DNA from: Hyphochytrium catenoides
Lineage: Eukaryota > Protista > Hyphochytriomycota
Direction: 5' to 3'
Assembly (NCBI GenBank): GCA_900088475.1
Contig: FLMG01002024.1
Span: 1-41,284 of the forward strand
DNA length: 41,284 nt
Below the pieces are notes generated by a model. The model saw only the letters and a program-made list of their open reading frames with translations, did no database searches and was not told where the DNA came from. Below, one piece after another: positions 1-10,325 of the stretch (position 1 is the first letter of the stretch; each line of letters starts with the position of its first letter). A program made the position numbers and the translations under genes.

Positions 1-1130
1 CCGGCTTTCACTACCAGCATGAAGAATGAGATATAGAACCATCGGTCCAACATGTCCTACAACAAAGCCAATGATGGAGAAGGAGTTGGTCCTTCCGTTT
101 TTTGCTCTTAGCCAAGTTTGTAGAGGCCTTGATTCTTCTGAATGGCCGTTTGAGTAGAACTACCACTTGCATGAGGACTCTCAAGTGCGAGAAATGTGGG
201 TTTGTTACGAGGCCTCACCCACCCATAGTTCGGTCGATCAAGCTTGCCACAACACTCGTACTAAGTGATCAGCCAGGCATCGGCCCATCCATCCGGCTTT
301 CACTACCAGCATGAAGTAAGAGATATAGAACCATCGGCCCAACATGTCCTACAACAAAGCCGATGGAGAAGGAGTTGGTCCTTCCCTGAATTACTCTTAG
401 CCAAGTTTGTAGAAGCCTTGATTCTACTGAATGGAAGCACTTGCATGAGGATTTCCAAGTGCGAGAAATGTGGGTTTGTCACGAGGCCTCCCCCACCCAT
501 TGTTCGGTCGATCAAGCTTGCTACAACACCAGTACTAAGTGATCAACCGGGCTTTGGCCCATCCATCTGTCTTTCACTACCGCATGAAGAATGAGATATA
601 GAACCATCGGCCCAACATGTCCTACAACAAAGCCAATGAAGGAAGTAGTTGGTCCTTCCCTGAACTGCTCTTAGCCTTGAGGAATTTGTAGAAGCCTTGA
701 TTGTTCTGAATGGCCGCTTGAGTAGAACTACCACTTGGCTGAGGATCTACTAGTGCGAGAAATGTGAGTTTGTCACAATGCCTCGCCCACCCATATTCCG
801 GTCAATCAAGCTTGCTACAATACTTGTACTAAGTAATCAGCCAGGCATTGGCCCATCCATCCAACTCTCACTACCATCTTGAAATGAGAGATATAGAACC
901 TTCAGCCGAGTATGTCCTACAACAAAGCCAATGGAGAAGGAGTTGGTCTTTCCCTGAATTAGCCAAGTTTGTAGAAGCCTTGATTGTTCTGAATGGCCTT
1001 TTGAGTAGAACTACCACTTGGCTGAGGATCTCCCCCACCCATAGTTCGGTGATTCAAGGTAGCTACAGCACCAGAACTAAATGATCAGCCAGGCATTGGC
1101 CCATCCATCCGGCTCTACCAGCATGAAGTA
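1..1130. repeat. Degenerate tandem array, unit ~250-295 bp, 4 copies plus a short partial copy; window starts inside the array
   Basis: The motif ccggctttcactaccagcatgaag...gagatatagaacc...catgtcctacaacaaagcc...aagtttgtagaagccttgatt...ggcccatccat recurs, with unit starts at about 1, 293, 567, 861 and 1109. Copies differ by substitutions and internal deletions. Confidence 0.95.
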
Positions 1131-1554
1131 CTATGACTCTCTAAATAAGGTATATTATTAATTATCTCTTGTTTATAAATGGCCATAAAAGTTGGATATT
1201 CAGCACGTTGTAGAGTTGAGGGGTGCCGTACGCACCCTCAGCCCCCGTCCCTCTGGTGCTTCACCTCCACTGCCTGTACCAAAGAGCCTGGATGGCTGGT
1301 CAAGGCGATCACAAACGGAGTTGGGGTCGATTGAAGGGTGAAATATTGCGCGGTGAAGGGCGTCCTTTGCTGAATTATTCCAAGTTATGTTTGACAGAGA
1401 TTTTGCCAGAAAGATTGTGGCTGCCAGAAAGCTTTCATGTGAAAGTTTAGTACTTAGTTCGATATGGGATATAATCATGAGAGCCCGGCATGTGAGACGG
1501 CAGTCCCAGTGATTCTAGGTATAGGGTACTGAGTGATTGTATGCAACACAGGAG

Positions 1555-1650
1555 GCTCTCATAGGTACCCCTAGAGGTAGAATGACAGCACTGCAACAGC
1601 TTGCTCTCATAGGTACCCCTAGAGGTAGAATGACAGCACTGCAACAGCTT
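1555..1650. repeat. Perfect 48-bp tandem duplication
   Basis: gctctcataggtacccctagaggtagaatgacagcactgcaacagctt at 1555-1602 and 1603-1650. Confidence 0.95.
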
Positions 1651-1899
1651 GCTGCCACTGCGCTTGAAGACTCCGTGTTCCAGCTTCGTGACCACGAAGA
1701 GCAGTGCTGCATGTGGCGGAACGGCAATAACAAGGACAACCACGTCATCAGGTTGTCGGGTATTCAGACATCATTGTGCCGATCTGTCTAGAGATAGGTG
1801 CCGCATGGGAAGCGCCTTCTGTCTAGCGCCCGCTCAGATGCTGGGCTTAGCTGTTGCTTTAGCTCGCAAGGACCATGAATCACAAGATTGAGAAAGAGT

Positions 1900-3180
1900 T
1901 TATGACTTTAGACTGAAGGATCCTCGACTAGTTGAACTCGATACTGGTGACGGACTAGTGCTAGCTAATGCGGCTTCTAACTCGTCGTAAGCCTAGGATT
2001 AGAGAGGAGTTTGAGAATGACCAGCTCTATAAGTATCAGGAAGCGCAGCGTACCTGTTTTTGCATGATCTGGGTATTCTTCAACCTCATAATGAGCTCCA
2101 GCTCCTCGCGTTCCATCTTCGCTACCTGGATTATGAATGATATTGGATAGTCAGACATAACGTGGTCCTCTTCCCCATTCATTCATCCGTCATATATGTC
2201 GCTCCTTACCAGATCTTCTTTGGCTTTAATCTCTGCCTCTTGCCGCTTTACTTTCTCGTCATATATTTGTTTAGCGCGCTTCTTCTGCTCCTCCTTTAAC
2301 ATTGTACCGGCGGCTGTTAGTGGAAATTTTGCGATGACGGGAGTATAGTGCTTACTTCTCGAAGTTTTTTCTTAAGCCGTAGCTCATCCTCTCGCTTTTG
2401 AATGATCTCTTTCTGTCTCTGCGCAGCTTCCAACTCTTCAAGCTTTTGGAGCTGTAGGCCAGTGCAATGATGAGGCCAATAAGTTTGACTGGAAAGCTTG
2501 GACGGAGTAGCACTTACATCGCGGTCCTCGCGTAGCTTCTTTTTCTCCTCTTTCAGCTTTTTAACTTCTTCAAGCTTCTTCTTCGTCTGCTGCTCGATCA
2601 GCTCCTAAAAACAAAAGCTCAGTCCCTTGGCCTGGCTACCCATCCGCTACTCTCTCTACTTCCCCAGCTCACTCCGACTGGCCCCATGCCTGGCATTCTC
2701 TTCCCTATCCACGTCATTCTTCATCTGTAAGTACTCTCATATCCATTGGGTGGTACCTGCTTGGCGTTATTACTATGTGCCTCCAGGATGACGGTCCGTT
2801 GCTCAAGTAGACTCCGCGACTTCTCTGCCAGAAGGTTGTCCTTCTCTTTTAGACGCCGCTCATTCTCTTCTCTTAGCCTCATTATCTCAACAGCTCGCTG
2901 CTTTGTCCTTTCTATTTTCCTCAATGCCTTTTCCTCCTCGGTCTGAAAGAATGATGTCAGGACGAAGTCAAGGCCATAGTCTACGTGCTCTTCACCTTCA
3001 GCAGCGCGATGCGATTCTCTAAGAGTAGGGCATCCTGTGCCGCTTGTTTCCGTCTCTAAATGGGACAGCGACAGGATAAGTGTGGCACAACCTTGTGAGC
3101 TACTCAAGATCTCGGGTTACCTGCTGAGCTGCAAGCAGCTTGCTAGGATATGGCATGCTACTGCTCTCCTGTAAGCTCAT
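1900..3180 (-). CDS. Conserved uncharacterised coiled-coil protein (~245 aa, 8 exons)
   Basis: Exons 3180-3121, 3055-2996, 2942-2757, 2604-2518, 2451-2356, 2293-2210, 2125-2054 and 1992-1900 join by GT-AG introns into one 738-nt frame: MSLQESS...QDALLLENRIALLKTEEEKALRKIERTKQRAVEIMRLREENERR...VAKMEREELELIMRLKNTQIMQKQAYDELE...SLKS*. It is E/K/R/Q-rich, and the LL.NRIALLK and MEREE.ELI.RL.NTQ motifs resemble a family I recall from flagellated/ciliated protists. Confidence 0.8.
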
Positions 3181-3954
3181 ATTTTGTGGAACGCGTTCTC
3201 AGGAACCGCGGGCTTGCCTTATACACTTCTCATTGCAAGCTTAAAAGCTCAAAACTCGTGCTCATCTTTTGATGATTTACATCCAACCAAGGCATCTGCG
3301 TGGCTCCCTATGTCACTCACTCATCAGGTGCTGATGCCCCCGGGACGAGTGGCTAAGACAGAGACCCAACAGCGTGACCAAGCACGCAGGAGCTCCTGCC
3401 TCTCAAGTTCACTTCTCCCTCCGCAGAAGCCAAAAGCCAAGGAAAATGCAAGTGAAACCAACAAGAGAGCCGCTAACGTCCACCTCCACATCATCCATCC
3501 CAAAAGCTCTGTGAAGAAAGAAGAAAGACAAGACGAAGAGTGACAGACTCGTTGAGTCAGCGTAAGAGGTGGCGCAGCCCGTCCCAGTTATCGGTGTATA
3601 TTGCCGCTATCGCATTCGTGCAGACGGGAAAGACGATACAGTCCTCTGTACGCAACGCGACCACTGACAATCATCGCTTTCACTCTCAGCCTTGGTGAAA
3701 GGGGCAGCAGGAAAATGGTTCTATCCGGGTAATGGGACAGTCCATACATAGGAAAGCAATACATTTAGGTCGACACGGCGGGTGACATACAATATGACTA
3801 TGTTCTGCTTCTCATACAAAGGAATCTGATATTGATGCTACTGTTATAGCTTTTGTCACTGAAGGACGGGCGTTGACCGTCTAATAATTACGGAGCCGAG
3901 TACCCGCAAGAAGCCATGGACTTCCAGTGGCTATGCATGGCGGGCCTTCCCATC

Positions 3955-5739
3955 TCAATGGCGGTGGCACTGCTTTCCTTCACTATCATCCTCCTCAGAG
4001 AACTCATAGTAACTCCACTCTTCAAATGGATCCTCCCATTCCTCAAAGTCTTCTCCTCTATAGTGCACCATCTCGTCCTCCCTAAGGAGACAGCTATCTA
4101 ATCCCGACCTAATCTTTGCGATATCTCCATCGTCAGCCGAAAATTTGCCGATGAAAACTAGTTCCTGCCGCTTGTCTCCGTCTTCTCTGGCCATTAGCTC
4201 TTCGTAGTTTGGTAGCTCTTTCATGCTGCGAGTTCGACGCTCTTCTGGAAAGTCAATCATCCACATTCCTCCGTTTGATAGCGTGCAGTACAGCCCGGCC
4301 TGCGACCACATGCCATAGTTCTTGGGCCGGGTAGCCAGCCAGAAGACGCCTTTGCTGCGGAGAAGGTTCTTGAAAATACCTTTTCTCTTTTCGACAAGTC
4401 TTCTTCGGACTACATCCTGGTCCAGAGGATCTTCTCCGTCGCTATCCTCCGCCTCGTCCTCTGCCATTGGGTCATCAATCTCTTCCTCGCCATTTTCCTC
4501 AGCCCTCTCGTCGGCCTCTTCCTGCTCCTCATCCATGTGCTCCTCGTCCATGGGTGGCGGTGGTAAGTCTGGTGCTTCAATAATGACAAGCTCCTTCTGA
4601 AGAAGGTTCATTAGCCTCTGGGGATGAAAGGGTTTCCTTGCAGAATAGATGAAGGCACCAACGCCATACTCTTCTGTCTCTGGCACAACGCGTGAAAGAG
4701 ACAGAGACTCCAGCCAACCATTGTGGGACGCAGCGCGTTCAAAGCTGAACTTCTTGGTGCCTAGGATATTCTTAGGGTCGATTCTACCCTGAACGCTCTT
4801 TACCAGGGTTGCATAAGGATTGAACCGCTTAATCACTCTCTCTACCCTCTCTACCTCTTGTGGAGAAACGAGATCCGTTTTGTTCAGGACGATAACGTCC
4901 GCGAACTCTATCTGGTCGCAGAGAAGATCTGTCAGAGTCCGCGTATCGTCCTTCGGAAGCTCGTCCTTGTGTGCGTCTAGTTGACAAAGAAGTCGAGTAT
5001 CCTCAAAAACGGAGGAAAAGTTGGCAGCGTCTACCACAGTGACGCAAGTGTCCAGGATGGCGATATCTTTGAGCTGCGGCATTGCTCTAACGTGTTCTTT
5101 CACCGAAGAAGAAGAAGAAGAAGGATCCTGTTCTCCCGTCATTCCTATTTCCGTGGACTTTGGTGGAGTCTGGCTTCGGGAGCGCTTGGATGGCCGCCCA
5201 GCTACCTGTCCGTCCGTTGTTTCCTCTTCTTCCTCTTCCTCCTCTTCCATCATCTCTCTCTCAGGCTCAGGAGAAGAGCCGGAAGGATGGCCCTTCTTCT
5301 CAAGGCCGCTTGAAGGTAGCTCAAAGGCGAAGGTCTCTGCTACCTGCATTGGCTCACTGATCCCTGAGCTCTCTATGATGATATAGTCCACCTCCCCATT
5401 CCTTGCGATGTTTGCGACCTCCTCTAGTAAATCAAGGCGCAACGTACAGCAGATGCACCCGTTCTCCAGTCTCACTAGCTGCTCCTTTCTCTGTAGGATG
5501 CCGCTTTTGGCCACTAAGTCTGCGTCAACATTGACCTCCCCCATGTCATTGACAATGACAGCGACTCGGAGACCGTGCTCTTTGTTCTTGAGAACGTGCT
5601 GGAGAAGGGTAGTCTTTCCACTGCCTAGAAATCCTGATAGCAGGGTGACGGGAAGGCGTGGCTGCCCTCTTGAAGTCTGGGACGAAGAAGAGTCAGCAAC
5701 AGCTGTTACTTCTGTGGCTTCTGGGGGTAAGGGAGCCAT
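3955..5739 (-). CDS. COG0523 (CobW/G3E family) metal-chaperone GTPase, YciC/ZigA-like, intronless (~594 aa)
   Basis: Walker A GFLGSGKTT, VIVNDMGEVNVD, metal motif GCICC, IIESSG, VTVVDA and NKTD. The CobW_C domain has PETEEYG, PFHPQRL, LLRSKGVFW, WSQAG, QELVFIG and a terminal DPFEEW. The first ATG is at 5739; the ORF track extends to a TTG at 5778. Confidence 0.95.
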   Translation of the reverse strand: MAPLPPEATEVTAVADSSSSQTSRGQPRLPVTLLSGFLGSGKTTLLQHVLKNKEHGLRVAVIVNDMGEVNVDADLVAKSGILQRKEQLVRLENGCICCTLRLDLLEEVANIARNGEVDYIIIESSGISEPMQVAETFAFELPSSGLEKKGHPSGSSPEPEREMMEEEEEEEEETTDGQVAGRPSKRSRSQTPPKSTEIGMTGEQDPSSSSSSVKEHVRAMPQLKDIAILDTCVTVVDAANFSSVFEDTRLLCQLDAHKDELPKDDTRTLTDLLCDQIEFADVIVLNKTDLVSPQEVERVERVIKRFNPYATLVKSVQGRIDPKNILGTKKFSFERAASHNGWLESLSLSRVVPETEEYGVGAFIYSARKPFHPQRLMNLLQKELVIIEAPDLPPPPMDEEHMDEEQEEADERAEENGEEEIDDPMAEDEAEDSDGEDPLDQDVVRRRLVEKRKGIFKNLLRSKGVFWLATRPKNYGMWSQAGLYCTLSNGGMWMIDFPEERRTRSMKELPNYEELMAREDGDKRQELVFIGKFSADDGDIAKIRSGLDSCLLREDEMVHYRGEDFEEWEDPFEEWSYYEFSEEDDSEGKQCHRH

Positions 5740-6030
5740 TGTTTGAGCGCTATCCCACAAGCCCTGCTTGTTGCTCAATGTTACGCTCTGTGTGGAACGA
5801 CGTGTGTTCTAGGGCGACTCAGAGACTAATCTTTAGAGTAAAGGGCAGTGACGATAGAGTGCTGGTGTCAGTAAGAGCTCTGATTGATTGATAAAGGGTG
5901 TTAAGTGATAAGCTAAATTTCCCAGAGAGAGGAATGTTCGGGGAGTGAGTGAAGCGCTGAGTGGAGGCGGCTTGCGAATGCTCACCATCCTTCACGGTAG
6001 CTCTCTTTACATCCTCTGGTGGGGAAAAAT

Positions 6031-6044
6031 TGATAGCGCTATCA
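6031..6044. promoter_or_regulatory. Perfect 14-bp palindrome TGATAGCGCTATCA, candidate transcription-factor site in the divergent COG0523/ZIP promoter
   Basis: The palindrome is directly visible. It lies between the COG0523 start (5739) and the putative ZIP 5'-UTR intron donor (6350). Regulatory function is inferred only. Confidence 0.4.
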
Positions 6045-6500
6045 GCCAAGCTCTCAACCACTGGCTGTCACGTAGTCATGCGCTGAAATGGAAGACAGAT
6101 GCCTTGTCTAGCTTCACTTTGGCGGAAGGCTTGCTAGTCCTGCCACCACCTTCAAGTCTTTCGTCAGAGCTCTCGGTCTCTCTGAAGCCAGCTCCGGTTC
6201 TTAATATCTTTCCTGTTGCCTCATCGCTTTACCTCCCACGTCTGAATGACTGATACTTCCCACTCTGAAGTACCAGGTGCCTATCCGACGGGCATCTTAT
6301 CCGTATGACGGGTCGTCCCGGCCATCGTCTTGGGGGCACGGAAAGGAAGGTAAGAGGTTCAGAAAAGGTCCTCTGATGAGTGCACCATGCTTCTCGGGGT
6401 GTACGCTTCTGTCTCTCTCTCTCTGCACTCTTCTGCTGGCTCTGCCCTTGATGTGAGTCTTCTGGTCGCCACAAGAAGTTCTTGGTGCGACACCCCTCTA

Positions 6501-6628
6501 TTCTCCCTTTTCTCTCTCTCTCTCTTTGTCTCTCTCTGTCTCTCTCTCTCTCCTCCCTCTCCTCTCTCTCTGTCTCTCTCTCTGTCACTCACTCTCTCTC
6601 TCTCCCTTTCTCTCTCTCACTCTCTCTG

Positions 6629-6660
<32 letters not shown>

Positions 6661-6670
6661 TCTCCCCCCT
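6501..6670. repeat. Imperfect (CT)n microsatellite / polypyrimidine tract
   Basis: Long ctctct run with ctgt interruptions, probably inside a ZIP 5'-UTR intron. Confidence 0.95.
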
Positions 6671-7529
6671 GGTCAAGCCCTTAAGAACCACTCTGCAGAA
6701 TCTGTCAACATCAATCCGAAGGCGCTTGCTGCCCTAGGTATTACTACTGCCACTACTCTACTGCCACCACCCCTCTGATGGTATGCCTATTATTATGACT
6801 AGTACCATCGGATAGCAGGTGTCCGAAGGGTTGTGAGGGCTTCTGATTCGTGGCTACCTTCCTTCCTGGTCTCTCTTCCCACTCTCGTGACTCCCAGTCT
6901 CTCTCTCCTTGTCCCGGGCCCTCTTCTTCTTGGTTACGCTCTCTCCTTTCTCGTGCTTGACTCCTCTTGCCTTCCTACAATTTCTTCTCTCTTTTACTCC
7001 CTTGAGGTCTCCTCCTAGAACCAAGGAATTATTGATCGCCTCTCTCTCTCTCTTTGCTGCAACCCCTGACAAGGATATGCCCCTCTGCTATTATCTCTGT
7101 CGTCCTACATTCTTACCGTCGACCATCGGTTTCCTTCTGCTATTATATAAGCCCAGCATGCACTGAGATTGCCAAGACCTTCCACTCCTTCACTTAGATG
7201 CCCTGTTTGATAAGCAAGACAGCTCCAGTTCTTGCCCATACTTCCTAGTAGGCGCTGGTCTTCCCATGACCTGTACTTGCGGTGACAGCACTCTGGAGAA
7301 GAGGAGCATCATTGGAGGACGCTTAGAGCGAGGGAAGAAGAGAGACAAGAGACAAAGGGAGAGAGGGAGAGGGAGAGAGAACCACGGGGAGGGAGAAGAC
7401 GCTTAGTCTGGGTACTCATGTCTGAGGAGCCACAATCCGTCTTTCCCAAATCCATCAAGATAATCTCAAGGATATTAGACACCTTTTCCCTAGCAGACTT
7501 GATAAGCGTGTGATCATCGTCTTCGCATC

Positions 7530-9061
7530 ATGGAGCCGTCTCCAGCACCGGCCTCTCTTTCGTCCAGCGCTGGTTCTGCTCATGACTGCGGAGGCCCAAC
7601 AGGGAGAGGAAACGACTATGATCTTCCCCTACATATAGCTTCTGTCTTCATTGTTTTTTTCATCTCTCTCTTTGGTTCTCTCTTGCCAGTCCTCGGGAAG
7701 AAGAGTCCCACCTCATGCCTGAGCCTAAATAAAAGACTCATCAACAGCTTAACGGGCTTTGGAATAGGCGTTGTCATCGCTACTGGCTTCGTCCACATGG
7801 TGCAGCCTGCCATGGAACAGTTGAACGATCCCTGTCTGGGCCTAGCGGAGTCCTATCCTGCCTTCCCTATGGTCATTATCGTCTTCACAATCCTCCTCCT
7901 GCAAGCCATGGAGACGGAGTTTGTCCGGCATGTGATGCACAAGGAGGACATGTCCATGTCTCCATCTTCTTCGCACAATCACGAGGCCATGCGGGCTATT
8001 CGCCTTACAGAGAGGACGCCTTTGACTGAAGGAGGGCGGCAAAAAATAGCAACCGCAGAGGGTTATGATGTGCCCGTACGGGCACCCTCTTACCATGGAA
8101 AGTTGGAGAATGACGAAATGGAGAAGCCAAGAATGGAAACGTTAGAGATCGGCCCGGTTCATGTCCACCTGCACCATGCGCACGAGCAGGTAGTGGTTGC
8201 CACTGGGAAGGCCAGGGAGAAAATAAGGTAATTGTAAAGGGGCAGGATGCTCTGTCTCTTGGTGGGTGGACATAGTGCTCAATTCTCCCATCCCATCGAC
8301 TTCTTTCCTGTCTTCTACTTTTCTCAAAGATTTGGAGCATTGTTCTCTCCTATCGCCGAGCCCAAGGTAGCGCCATCTCTCTCTTTCAGTCTATTGCTGT
8401 GAGATCTACCCGACGCTATGCGCGCCACATCATCCCTTTTCCAACTGACACAATTCCTGGCCTCTTTTCACCTATCGCTCAGGGTCAAGGTCACAACAAT
8501 GTTCTTTGAAGTCGGGTAAGTTTAACCTCTTGCCACGGAGCTCCAGGTGCTTGGTATTATTCTCTTCTAACAAGATCTTGCCCTCCTCTGTCAATCATCT
8601 GCTCTTCTGATAGGGTCTACATGCACTCAGTGCTTATTGGTGTGGGTCTCGGAGTGCTGTCTTCCCCGTCACAGTTTACTAGTCTGTTGATAGCCCTCTG
8701 CTTCCATCAGTTCTTCGAGGGAATTGCCGTTGGCTCCATGGGTGCTGAGGCCTTCTCTTCCCTCCGTTCAATGGTTGCAGTGTCTGCGCTTTATGCTGCC
8801 ACCACCCCCGCAGGCATCATCATAGGGATTCTATTCTCCTCTGTCTATTCTAAGACCTCTCCCTCCGCGCTACTGCTGGAGGGCGTACTAGACTCTGTGT
8901 CGGCTGGTATCCTTATTTATGCTGGCGTCGTGGAGCTTCTTACCTACAAGATGACGAGAAATAGCGAGTTCATCGAAAAGTCAGGCTGGGAGAGGGGCCT
9001 GGGGTACGTGTGTGTGTGGACGGGAGCAGCAGGAATGGCAGTCATCGGCAAATGGGCCTAA
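7530..9061 (+). CDS. ZIP-family (Zrt/Irt-like) zinc/iron permease (~392 aa, 3 coding exons)
   Basis: Exons 7530-8227, 8483-8515 and 8614-9061 (1179 nt, GT-AG). Motifs: DYDLPLHIASVF, FGIGVVIATGFVHM, His-rich loop HVHLHHAH, TM4 HSVLIG, TM5 CFHQFFEG, TTPAGIIIG, SAGILIY, and C-terminal MAVIGKWA. Confidence 0.95.
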
Positions 9062-10325
9062 GCGGATGTGTCATATTGCGGAAAGATAGTGACTCCGGAC
9101 TGACTGCCGCGAGAGGAATCTGATTTTCCAGCTTCAATGCCCAAGCCTACACGCAAGTAAGGAGCTCGTTACATTGACATCGCGACGATGCAAGGCAACC
9201 GAAAAAGCGTGGTTTTCTATCCACTGTGCAATTTTTACCGCCATAAAGCTCAAGTCTTAGGCACCGGTTTAAACGATATATTTTAAAGCTATTTTTCACC
9301 TCTAGTAGGGGAAGTCAGCGGCTACGATCACTCGTGACGGGCAACAGCGAGCGAAAGGCCAAGCGGCTTCGAGCTCAAATCTAAAGATGTACTCCGGAGT
9401 AATAGGAATAAAGGTCGCATCAGCCGCATCGGAGGTGTCTTCCAGACCAGACAAAGCCTCTGTGCCCGACATGCTGCTTCCTTCCTTCCTCTTGATTGCA
9501 AAGTAACTCTTGCGGAGCAGACGACATCAAGACCAATGGGCAATCACTGATTCTCACTCTGCTGACGTTGAGCGACGGGAGATCAACACGAGGCGGCGAT
9601 GAGTCTTCGTTCACTAGGAAGTGCAGCAGTAGCGTCTCTTCGTACACTCCTCGTCTTTTTGTCTGCAAATGAAGGATGCTTTTATGGAAGATTATTGCGC
9701 TTTTTTTATCCAATTTATTACTCCGTAGAATTAAAATTCTATTTGCAGTTTTTGTAGCTGTTTCATTCCAAGTACAGTATTATGAGGGGGCAGTGTCAAT
9801 ATTTTATAATAACCTCACTGGAGGCCCCACCACCCATACAGCCATAAAAAAAATAAAAAATTATCAGAAAGGTTTGTTCCCTTCTTTACTTGTTCATGCC
9901 ATTGGTTTAGGGCCGTGGTCCGAGGGGAGCTCTGAGGTTTCTCACACTCCTCATCAGAAGCTTGCTGAAGAAGGCCGAACAGCGTGGAACGGGAGGAGCA
10001 GGGCTCACTGCTCCTCTTCTTGCGCTTGCGCTGCAGTCATTGGGGACAATTTTGGCAGCAGAAGCTAGCCGTCATCAGAGTCATTGCCTCTTCGCTGTGG
10101 CTTACTAACTCTACTCTTTCGCCTTGAAGTTGCCGCGCCTGGTCCCACTGTCCATTCTACTTGCTCGGGTTCATTGAGCTCGTGTTGTCTTAGGCAGAGA
10201 GCGATTCATATAAGTGCTGTTCTCCTGACCAGCAACCACCAGGCTTGTTAGCGTACGCGATATTGTAGGCTTCCAGTTCACTTCTTGGGGTCGTGGGCCT
10301 TCGCTTCCTGCTTTCTTAAGTAATC

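Noticed and set aside
1-1130. CRISPR-like array or repeat-protein gene
   Set aside because: No short repeat/unique spacer structure. Whole units are homologous, reading frames are broken differently in each copy, and the context is eukaryotic.
3270-3335. C/D box snoRNA (TGATGA...CTGA)
   Set aside because: No terminal stem or recognisable rRNA guide, and such short boxes occur by chance.
4322-5746. Several + strand ORFs over the COG0523 gene
   Set aside because: Antisense shadows of the real CDS, mostly poly-Ser from the Glu codons.
5935-5955. Oomycete INR/FPR core promoter motifs upstream of genes
   Set aside because: TCACT/TCATT-like matches exist but are too short and frequent to call without TSS data.
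6229-7166. ER-rich and SL-rich ORFs
   Set aside because: Translation artefacts of CT/GA microsatellites. The same applies near 15.4-16.4, 20.2-21.4, 22.2-22.6 and 30.2-30.5 kb.
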